Below, in pieces: positions 14,632 to 27,496 of a stretch of 64,000 bases of DNA (positions within the stretch are counted from its first letter, which is position 1; each line of letters opens with the position of its first letter). The notes under the pieces were generated by a model that did no database searches, was not told the DNA's origin, and was given only the letters and a program-made list of their open reading frames with translations. The stretch covers positions 55,738,001 to 55,802,000 of the forward strand of contig NC_043006.1 of the NCBI RefSeq assembly GCF_006345805.1, in the 5' to 3' direction. Position numbers and translations under genes: made by a program. Source of the DNA: Octopus sinensis. Lineage: Eukaryota.

Positions 14632-14874
14632 CATACATACATATATCTGTATATATATATACATACATACATACATACATACATATATCTGTATATATAT
14701 GTATATTTATTGTTATCGCCATATTAATATGGCATTCTTATAGATATAAGAATAATCGCTGCCGCTGGTCAGCTCCATGAGGCCACCGCCTTAAGATAGC
14801 TATTGATACACGATCTGTATCCATTATAACCTTCGAACAAGGGAGGTCAGCCGCTTCACACTGCCAGTCCGACA

Positions 14875-14916
14875 GCTACAGACGCGTTTCGGGGTATTGC
14901 CCCTTGTCAATGTAGC
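14875..14916 (-). ncRNA. Minimal type I hammerhead, U3-A8 core variant (copy 1)
   Basis: GCTACA-TTGACAA-GGGG caata CCCC-GAAA-CGCG-TC-TGTAGC. Confidence 0.75.
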
Positions 14917-15238
14917 GCAGTCAGACCCCGCAGGTGTCGCCACTGACGTCTCTGTTCGAAGGTTTCTATTTACCTAGTTTCAGTGGAATACATCCACTTG
15001 TTTTCAATAATGGAAATATTAAAATTACTAAGTCTCTATTAAAGAGATTACGGCAGCGTTTACTGGAAATTAATTGTTATCGCCATATTAATATAGCATT
15101 CTTATAGATATAAGAATAATCGCTGCCGCTGGTCAGCTCCATGAGGCCACCGCCTTAAGATAGCTATTGATACACGATCTGTATCCATTATAACCTTCGA
15201 ACAAGGGAGGTCAGCCGCTTCACACTGCCAGTCCGACA

Positions 15239-15279
15239 GCTACAGACGCGTTTCGGGGTATTGCCCTTGTCAATGTAGC
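15239..15279 (-). ncRNA. Minimal type I hammerhead, U3-A8 core variant (copy 2)
   Basis: Same as copy 1 with one G fewer in stem II. Confidence 0.72.
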
Positions 15280-15628
15280 GTAGTCAGACCCCGCAGGTGT
15301 CGCCACTGACGTCTCTGTTCGAAGGTTTCTATTTACCTAGTTTCGGTGGAATACATCCACTTGTTTTCAATAATAGAAATATTAAAATTACTAAGTCGGA
15401 CTGGCAGTGTGAAGCGGCTGACCTCCCTTGTTCGAAGGTTATAATGGATACAGATCGTGTATCAATAGCTATCTTATGGCGGTGGCCTCATGGAGCTGAC
15501 CAGCGGCAGCGATTATTCTTATATCTATAAGAATGCCATATTAATATGGCGATAACAATTAATTTCCAGTAAACGCTGCCGTAATCTCTTTTATAGAGAC
15601 TTAGTAATTTTAATATTTCTATTATGTA

Positions 15629-15664
<36 letters not shown>

Positions 15665-15667
<3 letters not shown>

Positions 15668-17387
15668 TTGCAGCCAAAATGTTGAGAATGGCATTGTTTT
15701 CGTCAGAAAAGTAGATATAATTTTTTATCAAAGTTGTTTTATATTCTATAATTTTCACAGACAATAAATACGATATTATCTGTTATTGCCTGAGATGTTG
15801 GTGTAATTTGAGAGGATAATACAAAAGTTATGGATGATTTAGTGATTTACTGCAAAACCCATGGCGGCCAAAATGATCAGAACGGTTGCTTTTACTCCGT
15901 GTTTAACCGGCGAACTCTAATGTTTTGAATTTCTTTACGTGACGGTTCGTTTACTAAACATTAGTGAGAATATTTACAGTGTACTTTGTTAATATAATGC
16001 CACTTACTCCGTTACCAATTCGTCAGCAGATTATTAATCTTCGAAGGAAGGATAATTTAAGTATTGGATCTATTGCAAAGATTGTTAACAAGTCAAAAAT
16101 TGTTTGCTATTTATGACATATAAAGCGACTATGTAAAAGCTCTTCAGTTTGATTAGGAAAGAAACATCTGGCCTTGTTATGCTGTCAACAAAAGTTTGTG
16201 CATTTCTTGACAAGTAGAAAGAAAAAATGTCTAAAGGCAGACTACTTACGTCATTTGTCATAGAATAATATTTATTATACAATAAAAGATGGGAAACAGA
16301 AATTCATCAATAAATATGTCATGGAGGCCACAGATATGATAACATCTCTGAGGATTTATTTGTAGTAGTGTTCTAAAAAGAACCACTGTGATGTTGAAAT
16401 ATACTGACAATATGTTATATATATACCCAAAACCTTTTCTAAACATCAAATCACAAGACGAATTTCATCTTGATACTAAAAACATCACGACATGCCAGAA
16501 TACCTTTGCAACCAAACATGTGTTGTGGTCTCAAGAAAAATGGCAAACGGTGCATTTCAGTTTATGTTATTTGGCTCAGATGAGAAAAGGTACGTTCGTA
16601 GAAAAGTAGGTGAAAAGTTGTCGCCTAAATGCCTTAAGACTAGTGTTAAATTCGGTGGAGGAAGTGTCATGGTTTGGGTAATGATATCTGGAGATGGTGT
16701 GGGCCCTTTGGTGCGATTACATGGAAAGGTAAATGCAGGTGTTTATAAACAACTTGTAAAAGATCATGTCTTGCCTGTGCTGAGAAATTCAACTAAGCGA
16801 CCACCCATATTCATGCAGGACAATACCCCATATCACAAGGCTAAGGTGGTCATGAACTTCCTTAAGGATGAAAAGATTATTGTTATGGATTGGGCTGCTC
16901 AAAGCCCAGATCTCAATCCTATTGAAAATCTATGGAATATTCTAGGAGAACGTTCGAAAGCCGGAAATCCTAAAACAACTGAGCAATTATGGAATGCCCT
17001 TCAGGAAGAATGGAATAAGATCACCCAGAAAGAGATTGAAAATTTAATTTCCTCATGCAGTCAAAGATGTCAGAGTATGATTGAAGCTAAAGGGCTTCAC
17101 ACTAAATATTAAATAATTCCAGTATTCTCTGTCATTTTTGAATATTTTGTTATTTTTTCAACCGTTCTGATCATTTTGGCCGCCATGGGTTTTGCAGTAA
17201 ATCACTAAATCATCCATAACTTTTGTATTATCCTCTTACACCAAATTACACCAAAATCTTAGACAATAACAATTAATATTGTATTTATTGTCTGTGAAAA
17301 TTATAGAATATAAAACTACTTTGATAAAAACTTATACTTACTTTTCTGACGAAAACAATGCCGTTCTGAACATTTTGGCCGCAACTG
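15665..17387 (+). mobile_element. Tc1-family DNA transposon with ~225-bp IR/DR-type TIRs, TA target, rearranged transposase
   Basis: TA|CAGTTGCAGCC...GGCCGCAACTG|TA; TIRs 15665-15888 and 17159-17387, each with inner and outer copies of GCCAAAATG.T.AGAA.GG. Confidence 0.93.
15997..17112 (+). pseudogene. Tc1 DD34E transposase, disrupted
   Basis: N-terminus MPLTPLPIRQQIINLRRKDNLSIGSIAKIVNKSK (15997-16099), then a foreign 408 bp, then FATKH.LW..EKW.TVHFS with the first catalytic D deleted, IFMQDN...HKAK, WAAQSPDLNPIENLW. Confidence 0.9.
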
Positions 17388-17456
17388 TATATATATCTTT
17401 ATATATGTTTATGTATATATATATAAGCGAGAAAGAAGCAACAAGAATGGATAGGT

Positions 17457-17547
17457 TTTTAGTACAATCGTTTCATACAAGGACAGGCTTTATTAAAAGT
17501 TGCAAAAATTACAGCATATAAACGTGTCCCGTACTCATCAGCTAAAA
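17457..17547 (-). ncRNA. Type I hammerhead with long stem II
   Basis: TTTTAG-CTGATGA-GTACGGGACA...TGTCCTTGTAT-GAAA-CGATTG-TA-CTAAAA. Confidence 0.7.
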
Positions 17548-17713
17548 TACATGTGAGTTCTCTAGACATCCTAGTGGTTGAGGCTATACTCATGAAGTAA
17601 TGTAGATAATTAAGTAACATAAACAGATTTCCAAAGTTCATTAAAGTTCTTTAAAGATGATGTACAGTCTTATCACAGAATTTTAAAAAAGTTTTAATAG
17701 CATCACAGAGAAG

Positions 17714-17802
<89 letters not shown>

Positions 17803-17854
17803 TTAAACAGTTTCAGCTTCAAAGCTGTGGTCATGCTGGGGCACCACCGTTATA

Positions 17855-18210
17855 TATTGTTATATTTCGGGATAGTCATTGTTTCTTTGGTGGGGGGGGG
17901 GGTCAAATAAACACTTGCTATATATCGTTCTTCGCTCATTTGTTATTGTTCTTATTTTATCTTATATCCATTGTCTGAAAATCTTTTACTACACGTATGG
18001 GATCTCTTCAGCGACGGAGAATGGACTAGGCGGAGCAGTAGTATACTCGTGGATCAAAAGGTTTGCTGAAGAGGTCACAGATGTGTAGCGAAAGATTTCC
18101 AGAAAATGTAAATTGGATATGTTAAAATAAATACAACAATAAATGGAAAAACGAATATATAGTGCATGTGTTTATTTGGTAAAAAAATGACATTCCGAAA
18201 TATAACAATA
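17855..18210. repeat. Diverged inverted repeat (~160-bp arms), each arm with a decayed HHR-like motif
   Basis: Arms align by eye; CTGAAGA at 18066-18072 (+) and 18005-18011 (-). Confidence 0.65.
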
Positions 18211-18330
18211 TCTGTTTCATTACACTGTTTCACATCAGGAATTTTGCAATACAAATACATAAACATGATATATAATATATATATATAAGCATACACTTAC
18301 ATAAATATATACATGCATACATACATACAT

Positions 18331-18424
<94 letters not shown>

Positions 18425-18859
18425 AGAGGAGAGATATAATATCCAGGCAGATACCGAATTTTCCTGAGTAATATGCCAAAGCTTGTTCCTTGTAATGGTT
18501 TGGCTTTGAGTAAAGTTCTTTTAGTTGCCATCCGTTGTTACAGTTTATTCCTTGAACATTCAAACTTTATGTTTATTTCCAGTTAGTTTATTCATAATAA
18601 TTGTCCGACACGTGTTTCAATCGTACTAACTACATGTTGCTGCCTATTTACATGCAGCGATTTATGCACTATAAGCACGATCTCCTTATGGCATATATGC
18701 ATCTGAATTAGGCTTGGTAGTATATATATAAGAATAAATGTATGATACAAGCCTTTTGCTATGAAGTTTTTGTATCGAGTGTGTAAGCGCTTTTGCTATT
18801 AATCTGTTTAGAGGAAGTTGGTCTTAGTTGTGATGCTGATTATTTCCGCTTTAGTTTCG

Positions 18860-19200
18860 GATTTAGAAATTTTGTAAAATATTACCTCATTAATTTTCGT
18901 AGTCGATTATTTTCTTCCTTTATTTTGAAAAAGGAAATATTTTGGATTTTCCATTATCACAAATATCTAGATATTTACTACCTGATACATTTCTAAGAGG
19001 TTAATTCTTAAGTTGTTGTTTACGAACTCTTACACGGCAAACTGATTTTGATTCAGCTCGGTCGGTGTAACTTTCATTGTATTGTAGGCATGTGATGCAG
19101 TAGATGAGATTTTTCTTCATTCTCATTTCATGTTTGCATTAACTTTATTTTCTGCCCATTCTTCAATTTTTGGGTTGTTCCCAGCTCAATTGTTCCACAC
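18860..19200 (-). pseudogene. Decayed PLE GIY-YIG fragment related to 1645-1950
   Basis: Minus strand reads KVNANM..KNLIYCITC...RVRVRKQQL...KIFPFFKI. Confidence 0.6.
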
Positions 19201-19344
19201 GTCTCACAGAGGGATAGCTAGATAACTGTATACACATGCATATCTATTTATATTACTCTGTCTACCGGTCTGTCTGTCTACCTGTTTGTCTGTCTCTATG
19301 TTTGTGTCTGTGTGTATATATATATACGCATATGTATTATAAAG

Positions 19345-19622
19345 TTTTTTTTCCACTATAACATGGCAATTCTATAAAGAACTATGTTACTACATTTTAG
19401 CCCTAGAAAACATCTTTTCCCGCTGGTTAACAACACACAACCTGTGTCCGATATACTGTGATTAAGGGAGCCAAACATACCCCTCCAGCTTGGGAAGACC
19501 AGTTGACCAACATATCGGGCATAGCGTGTGTGTCATTAACCAGCTGGAAAATACGTTTTCCTGGTGTTAAAATGTAGTAACATAGTTGTTTATAGAACAG
19601 CCATGTTATAGTGGCAAAAAAA
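19345..19622. mobile_element. MITE-like fold-back element (~120-bp imperfect arms)
   Basis: CCACTATAACATGGC...CTATGTTACTACATTTTA mirrored by TAAAATGTAGTAACATAG...GCCATGTTATAGTGG. Confidence 0.7.
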
Positions 19623-19700
19623 GTTACCGTCTAGTATTGTTATTACTTATATCTCGTCTAGAGATTTTAGAACTAGGTATTTTGTTCATATGAGTGTGCC

Positions 19701-19735
<35 letters not shown>

Positions 19736-19736
19736 A

Positions 19737-19843
<107 letters not shown>

Positions 19844-19869
19844 ATATATATATATAAGAATAATGGAAA

Positions 19870-21000
19870 ATGGAGAAAAATGCTCAAGATGCTATTTACA
19901 TCATTCATATCATATCAACAACAAATGTTTCGATAGATGCATTAAAATAAATCCGAGAGGAAGAATAATGTGGAAAATGCATCAATCTCATCAGAGATGA
20001 TATAAATGCACATCATATCGGTATTGGTTTCTCTCACAACAATAACCTCCTACATATTATATCCTTTCATAACAACTATATTCTTAAAGGTAAAAGGGTT
20101 TCGCATATAAACTGTAATAACAACAATAATAATAATAATGATAATTTCTCTTTAAATATAAGTATTAATAGTAATATTCCTTGTAATTGTGGTCTGAATA
20201 AAACTTACGTTCTCAACGGAAACTGCAAAATTAAAAACGTAATTTATCACTGTAAAATTTCTGCAGGAGCTAAAGAATATTTTTATATTGGCATTTCATC
20301 CACAGAATTGAAAAACAAAACGACTTGCCAACGAACTTTCTACATTTAGATATATTCATCAACGTAATAAACGAATTTAAGCTAATTTGGCATCTCAAAG
20401 ACTGTAATAAACAATTTTCTTTATATAGGAAAATTTTCTCAAGATCGTTTCCCTATGATAAAGGGAAATCTTTCTGCTCTCTTTGTTCGGATGAACAACT
20501 ATTTATCCTCTTTTCCAATCACACACCGGTCAACACCTATAAAGAACGTGTTTACAGATGTTTACATTGGGAAAAACACTCTTTCAAATTACCTAATAAT
20601 ATCTGCAACTTAAACTTTATTCTTTCATCACATACTTCATATTTTTCCTTCATCTTTTCTATCTCTCAGTAATTTCCTATTTGTTTATACCTTCCATTAC
20701 TCCTTTATTTCTCTTTCTTTCTTCTTTCTCTTCTTGTCTCGTCCTATGACGTCAAATTTCTTAACGGTATTTTAAAGTTACTTGCGTCCCCTACCCACCT
20801 TTGTTTTCCATATATATATAATATATTGTAGTTTCTTACATCTGTAAAACGGACTTATTGCTGAACATTGTTCTGTATATCCTCCCTGATGAGATGTATG
20901 TATTTTTCCATTCTATTCTTCCTCTCAGGTATTTTTTAATGCATCTATCAAAACATGATATACTGATATAAATGGTTTAAATAACATCTTGAGGGTTTGT
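19870..21000 (+). mobile_element. 5'-truncated PLE (linker plus GIY-YIG plus pLTR) with an inverted pLTR piece at its 5' end
   Basis: CNCGLNK..LNGNCKIKNVIYHCKI...YFYIGISS, LIWHLKD..SRSFPYDKGKSFCSLCSDE; 19912-20003 (-) is homologous to 20877-20969 (+). Confidence 0.8.
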
Positions 21001-21189
21001 CTTCATTTTCCACTATTCTTATGATCTCCAATACACATCTCACTTCTCCTCGGAATTAACTCCCATGCAAGTATGATTACTAATTCCTTAGGCGCTTATG
21101 TGACATTTGTCTACCTTGTAGCTGTTTGTTTGAATATTTCCTTGTAAATTGAACATATATATAAATGTATGTATATTTTTACAATATGT

Positions 21190-22420
21190 GCGAATAACAA
21201 GGAAAAATGAATAAATAGCCACAAGGGTAGCAAAATTCACATAAGTGCCAAATATATCACAACCCACTTACAGAGGTAGAAATTCCAGGGTGAAGGGAAA
21301 TATTTTTGTATATCATGGATAAATTAAGAAATGGAATCAAACGCAGGCGTTATTCAAATCATTTATACTTCCAACATATGTTTCGAAAAAGGCATTGAGA
21401 TTATTCCGGAGGGAACAAAAATGATGTAAAACAATGCAATCATCTCTTCAGAGGAACAAATAAACCATTTTAACTGATTATGATTACTGCGTACGTAATT
21501 ATACGATGTAAGGAGAACACTAGCCAGTTACTTTTTAGAAAGAAGTTAATACATGAATGGGAATATAGTTTAAAAGCGAGGAAATGAAATGTAAGAAGAC
21601 AGTTGAAGGTTGAATTTTATAGACTGGTAGAAATTACATATAGTTACTAAAGGTAAGGTTTTGTCAATGCCAATGTTTACAAGAGTATTCTTCGTGAGAA
21701 GGATGAGAAGTACCTCTTCGTTACTGAGCGAACAAAAAGATTTACGTGTGTCATATGGGAAGGATCTAGATAGAATTTTCCATTCCAAAACATATTGATT
21801 ATTATGTTCCTTTAGAGACCAAATTAATTTACTAAGCTCAGTATTGTTGCGTTTATTGATATGTATCAATGCTGAATAATAGTTAGATATTCTTTTCGAC
21901 AGCTGAGATGAAGAGCTACCTATATAAGAAAACACATCAGAACCGGAAGTAATTTTACATTGATAAACAGAGTTTCTAGTCTTAGAATTACTGCTAAGGA
22001 AACGAATTCGATTCGAATTTATATCAGAAATATTAATATTGTTATTATTGTTCAAAGAATGGTTAGCGTTAATAATATCACTGTTATTATTTTCATTAAG
22101 TGGATTTGTACTTAATAACTTAAGGTTATGTGAAGAAATGATTTGTGAAAGGTTTTTGGTGTTTGAAAAAGCTATCCTAATTCTGTGTGAATTGATAATA
22201 GAATGGTATCTGGAGGTTTTGGGAAAATTCTTTTCTATAGCTTCACGAAACTGATAAGGGAGGTCGGATTTGATCTGCTTTTCAAATGGATTCAAGTTCT
22301 AGGCTTATGTTTATTACATATAAAGGAAAATAGAGAACGGTTGACTCCCTTACGCTGTAAAAATACATTTTTTGATTTATTATTATTTGAACTAAAATTT
22401 ATATTGACAATCATGTCCTG
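21190..22420 (-). mobile_element. PLE 3' fragment (GIY-YIG ORF 21570-22295 plus pLTR with decayed HHR at 21368-21456)
   Basis: SVYQCKITS..FSYIGSSS..LSKRISNY..NNTELSKLIWSLKE..WKILSRSFPY..CSL..EE; CTGAAGA...GAAACATATGTT downstream. Confidence 0.85.
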
Positions 22421-23070
22421 ATTAATAGAGGCAGAATTAATGTCAATGGGTTAATATACGTAATTTTTTCTTCATATATATACTATATGCAGATATACAC
22501 ATGTATACTAGAAGGAAAGTTTTGACAGTGACTTCGAAGTTTGGTAGTTGGGGAATCTGATAGTTTGTCGAAGCCAACGGGCGACGAAAATTCGAAGTCG
22601 TTATCAACTTTTTCGCTGCAATTGCTATATGCATTCATGTATATTTACTATACCAAATGTTGACAGTCAACCTTTGATATTATAAACACATCTTCTTTGT
22701 CCAACGTATTGAGTTCTATATCAGACAGTTTTTGCACTATATATAGACTTTTCTGGTTGGACATTTATTAATTTGAAAGACGTGCAAAACTCTAAACTAC
22801 TTTAGATTAATATCCTCTGACTTCATTTGTTGTAGAGCTCCAGTCATTTCATGAACGTTCCATAGAACTCCTCCAAAGTGTTCTACTTTAGTCTGAAATA
22901 AAAATATTGGAAGATCAGCTTATTATTTAGATAGGAATGATATACTAGTATTACAAAAATCCGGGTTAATTAGAACTGCCTCTCCTGAAATAGTATGCAC
23001 TTTGTGTGTGTGTGTTGGAGGTGCGTGTGTGTGTGTGTGTGTGCGTGTGTGTGTGTGTATGTGTGTATAT

Positions 23071-23440
<370 letters not shown>

Positions 23441-24220
23441 TATATATCCAACCACGTGCTTTCACACACCAACTTTCTCACCTATATATCTCTATATATA
23501 AAACTGAAATGCGTTTTTACCGCTTGGATCGCTTTCAAGGCCACTACATCCCGTCCGATTGACTCCAAAATTTACAGGGACATGTAAAATGAGGTGACGA
23601 TGCCCGAGGGCTACCTTAGAAATCCCTATCTTAAAAGGCGTCGTTGCTAGGGCCAAAAACCCACTTTGACAAGTCCACTCGCGTTCTTTAATGTATCTGT
23701 CTTCCTCAACTCACTCTCGCTATTTCCTCTCTTCTCAGCACTTTTTCACTCACTCTATTTCATACATTCCCATTACTTTCACTTCCTCAAACGGCCTTCT
23801 TTTATGTATCTGTTTGCATTCATAGAGAGAATTATCATCGCCACTGCCATCGCATTCTATTGTCTGCCTGTCAACGCGCCGATGGAGCAAATACAAACAG
23901 AACACACCAACCAGCGTTCGTGTTCTGGTGATAACGTAGGTTTTTCGTATCTATTACGTCTTAACATTTATTTAGAACCCTGCAAATTTTTGGTGCTAAA
24001 TTTTCATTTTTTACTACTTTATTATTTTTTCTTAAATTGATGCTTTTATTAAAATTAATTCTAATTGTCTGGGTCAACAGTTAATTTCCTCGGAGGATAT
24101 GGAAATTCTTATTACCCGTCAGAGAAATAACTCCAGCAGCTCACAACTATTTCAACAAAGACAAGGTTACCTGCTTACCAGTCGAATTCAGCGTCAACGC
24201 TCACGTATGAGAGAGACTCC

Positions 24221-24302
<82 letters not shown>

Positions 24303-25111
24303 ACGTGTGCATTATGTGGTCGGTTGAGCTGAAAATATGCAGACCTATGTTAAAAGTGCTGGCAAGTTTGCATGACAACTATTTTTTTTCCTCAAATGAA
24401 AGGCGTGCCCTCTAGGACAAAATTCCACATCTTATAAAATGTGGCCCCAGTAGACCCGAATGAAATAGGGTTATATTAACCAAAATGTGAAAAGGGATCT
24501 AAATGGGGCTGGAAGAGGATTAAAATTTAAAGGAGCGGGTGTTTAGCAATTCTCTGTTACATTAAGCTAAATAATTTGCGCCAGTCTTTTAATCGTCAAT
24601 GTGTTGCCGTCCATGATGAAGAAGTTTTGAATGCTTGCCATCGTGAGTCTACTGTCGTGAGAAAGAATCAATTCAAAACTTGGTGTTTAGGGATTTTCTT
24701 TTACATCAAGTTCCAAATTTTACGCCAGCCGTTAAACTGTCAATACGTTGCTGTCCGTCGTTAAGAAATGCCAGCCATGGTGACTCTACTATCCTCAAAT
24801 TCTATCCCTTCAAACTTTGGTTTCCAATATTTTATTATTTTTATTCAGCTCGCAAGTTCGTCTGTCCCTTTTAAATGTTAGTGTTTTGCTGTCTGCCTTG
24901 AAGCAGACCTTTCCGTTGTTACTGCCTGATATTTATGATTGATCTTTCTAAATATTTTATTTCTCAACTTACTCAAGATCTTTTGTTGTTTATAAATGGG
25001 AGAGAGATAGATAAAGATAGAGAGTAAGAGAAAGTGAGGGAGAGTCCGAGAGAAAGGAAGAGTAAGAGAGTGGGACAGTGAGAGAGAAAGGAGAGAAAAA
25101 CAAAGAGGGAG

Positions 25112-25114
<3 letters not shown>

Positions 25115-25142
<28 letters not shown>

Positions 25143-25430
25143 GTTTAACGACCGTTTTCCGTGCTAGCACGGGTTGGACAGTTTGACCGGAGTCTGAGAA
25201 ACCAGGAGGCTGCACCAGGCTCCAGTCTGATCTGGCAGTGTTTCTACAGGTGGATGCCCTTCCTAACGCCAACCACTCTGTGAGCGTAGTGGGTGCTTTT
25301 TTCGTGCCACCGGCACAGGTGCCAGGGGGTCTGGCAGCGGCCACGATCGGTTGGTGCTTTTTACGTGCCACCAGCACACAAGCCAGTCAAAGCGGCGCTG
25401 CAATCCGCCACGTTCGGATGGTACTTTTTA
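25115..25430 (-). mobile_element. SINE-like or LINE 3'-derived repeat with (ATG)n tail and internal GTGCTTTTTACGTGCCACC subrepeats
   Basis: (CAT)n directly abuts CGTTTAACG; contains GGATGCCCTTCCTAACGCCAACC and three internal subrepeats. Confidence 0.6.
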
Positions 25431-25502
25431 GGTGCTGAAAGGAAGCAACAGAAACTAATAACCACACTCTTACCTGCGCGTAGAGCGGGTCACCTTCAGT
25501 TA

Positions 25503-25571
<69 letters not shown>

Positions 25572-25709
25572 TGTATATATGTATATATATATATGTGTGT
25601 ATAGATGTATATATATGTGTGTGTGTGTGTATGTATATATACCTGTATGTCTGCGTGTGTGATAATGTTTTATTACCTTTAATTTTTTCACTAATTGGAA
25701 CGCAGCCAA

Positions 25710-25970
25710 GCTGGAGCAACGTTCGAAAGGTTTAGTCGAGCAAATCGATCCCAGTACTTTTTAAGTCTACCACTTATTCTATCAGTGTTTTTTTCTTTGA
25801 ATTGTTAATTAACGGGAATGTAAACAAACCAATTTCGGTTATCAAGCGGTGAAGGTAGTAACAGAAAGTAACACACTCACATTAATACAATGGGTTTCAA
25901 TGTGGCTGCCATGTGGTTTCACATGCAAGACATCAGTTGACTCGGGGTTATGGTAAAAGAAACTTGTCTA
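25710..25970 (-). mobile_element. SINE family A, strongly diverged
   Basis: TAGTCGAGCAAATCGATCCCAG..ACTTATTCTATC is colinear with the 3' half of the family. Confidence 0.55.
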
Positions 25971-26379
25971 AGATATCGAAACCACGTTGTTCAGAAAGGA
26001 AATTGCAGCCACGTATGTTTATTCCCACATCTTAAGGACTATCAATCTTTTATATACATCGTTTATACAATTTTATCCGCGCACTAGCACGCATACAGAA
26101 ATATTGCAAGACAAAGAGAGACAGACATGGAGACAGATAGATTTCGAGGAGGAAGCATAGACCTATGTTTCTTCCAGTTGTTGAAAATACATAGGTGTAG
26201 AGTATGTCATCTGATAGGTGGAATCGTCTCCCATTCGAAACGACTGCATGTTTGGAATATTTCATTAATTTATATATAAACTATCTCAGCAGACCAACAG
26301 GTAACAGAATGCGAAATGTCAATCAAAGCAATGAGAAGCAGTTATATAATATGTATAATATCCACACATACACACGCAC

Positions 26380-26446
<67 letters not shown>

Positions 26447-26736
26447 GGTAAATATGTATATGCATATGGATATATATGTATATAGACAGACAAACATACA
26501 ATTATACATGTATATATATATGTTTTTACCTATGTATGTATATCTGTCTGTGTATATATAAATACATATATATATGTATAGGTTTACATGTGAATTTGTA
26601 TATATATATATATATGAATATGTATATACACACACATATACACGTCTATACATACATAAATACATATATAGATGCACACATCTATATGTATATCTATCTA
26701 TCAATCTGTATATATATATATATATATATATATCTG

Positions 26737-26775
<39 letters not shown>

Positions 26776-26969
26776 CTGTGTGTGTGTGTGCGTGTGTGTG
26801 CATGCATGTATGTATGACTCAAATTCAAACTAGAAAACTGTGAGCTAGCACTGGATTAAGAAAAAAGAGGTAGGAAGCCAAACGTTGTTCCATGAATGTA
26901 AAGCAGCGAATGCTACTCTGGGTTTAGGGAACAATGTGTTTTGAAATAGAAAGTTCGCAAGAGCATGCG

Positions 26970-27000
<31 letters not shown>

Positions 27001-27496
27001 AGTGTTGCTTATGCAGAGTACGAAAGAAAACTTGATCAATTTAGGGAGAAAGAAAGAAGTCTCTGAATAAAAACTTGATTAGAATAACAGAATAACCACG
27101 TCATTCTAGAAAATGCCTTTTTTCTATTTCTGATATAAACACCTTTACATATGTTGTTTAGTTTCCTGAAACATAAGATCCATCATTGATATTCAAGATC
27201 TAATTGCAACAAGAAAAATATGGGAGAAATTAAGATGGATAGAATTCATATTACATGCAAGCAGATTTCGAAGAGAAAACAAAGGCATCAATTTGTCATT
27301 TCCTTTTCCGATATACAATAACTGCTGAGTGTAATAACGTTACTGAAAGACAATTAAGGAAAGGTAACGATGCTACTTTTGCTGACGTTCTTAACGAGTT
27401 CCTAAGTGGCCGTTGCTGTGTGACGTTGATGTGGAGGTTATTGTTGTTATTGTTGTTATTCTTCAGCGTCTGTTCAATCCTGATCGGGCAGGTGTA

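Larger units (their letters stand above)
14711..15624 (-). mobile_element. Non-coding PLE pLTR-type array: two 364-bp tandem units plus an inverted partial unit
   Basis: TGTTATCGCCATATTAAT starts at 14711 and 15075; 15397-15624 is the reverse complement of part of the unit; each unit carries an HHR. Confidence 0.85.

Noticed and set aside
14711-15400. CRISPR-like or satellite array
   Set aside because: There are only two 364-bp units with no spacers, in a eukaryotic context; a pLTR tandem explains it.
23490-24560. Helitron-like element starting TCTATATATAAAAC
   Set aside because: I could not find a 3' hairpin plus CTRR end, and there is no second copy in the window.
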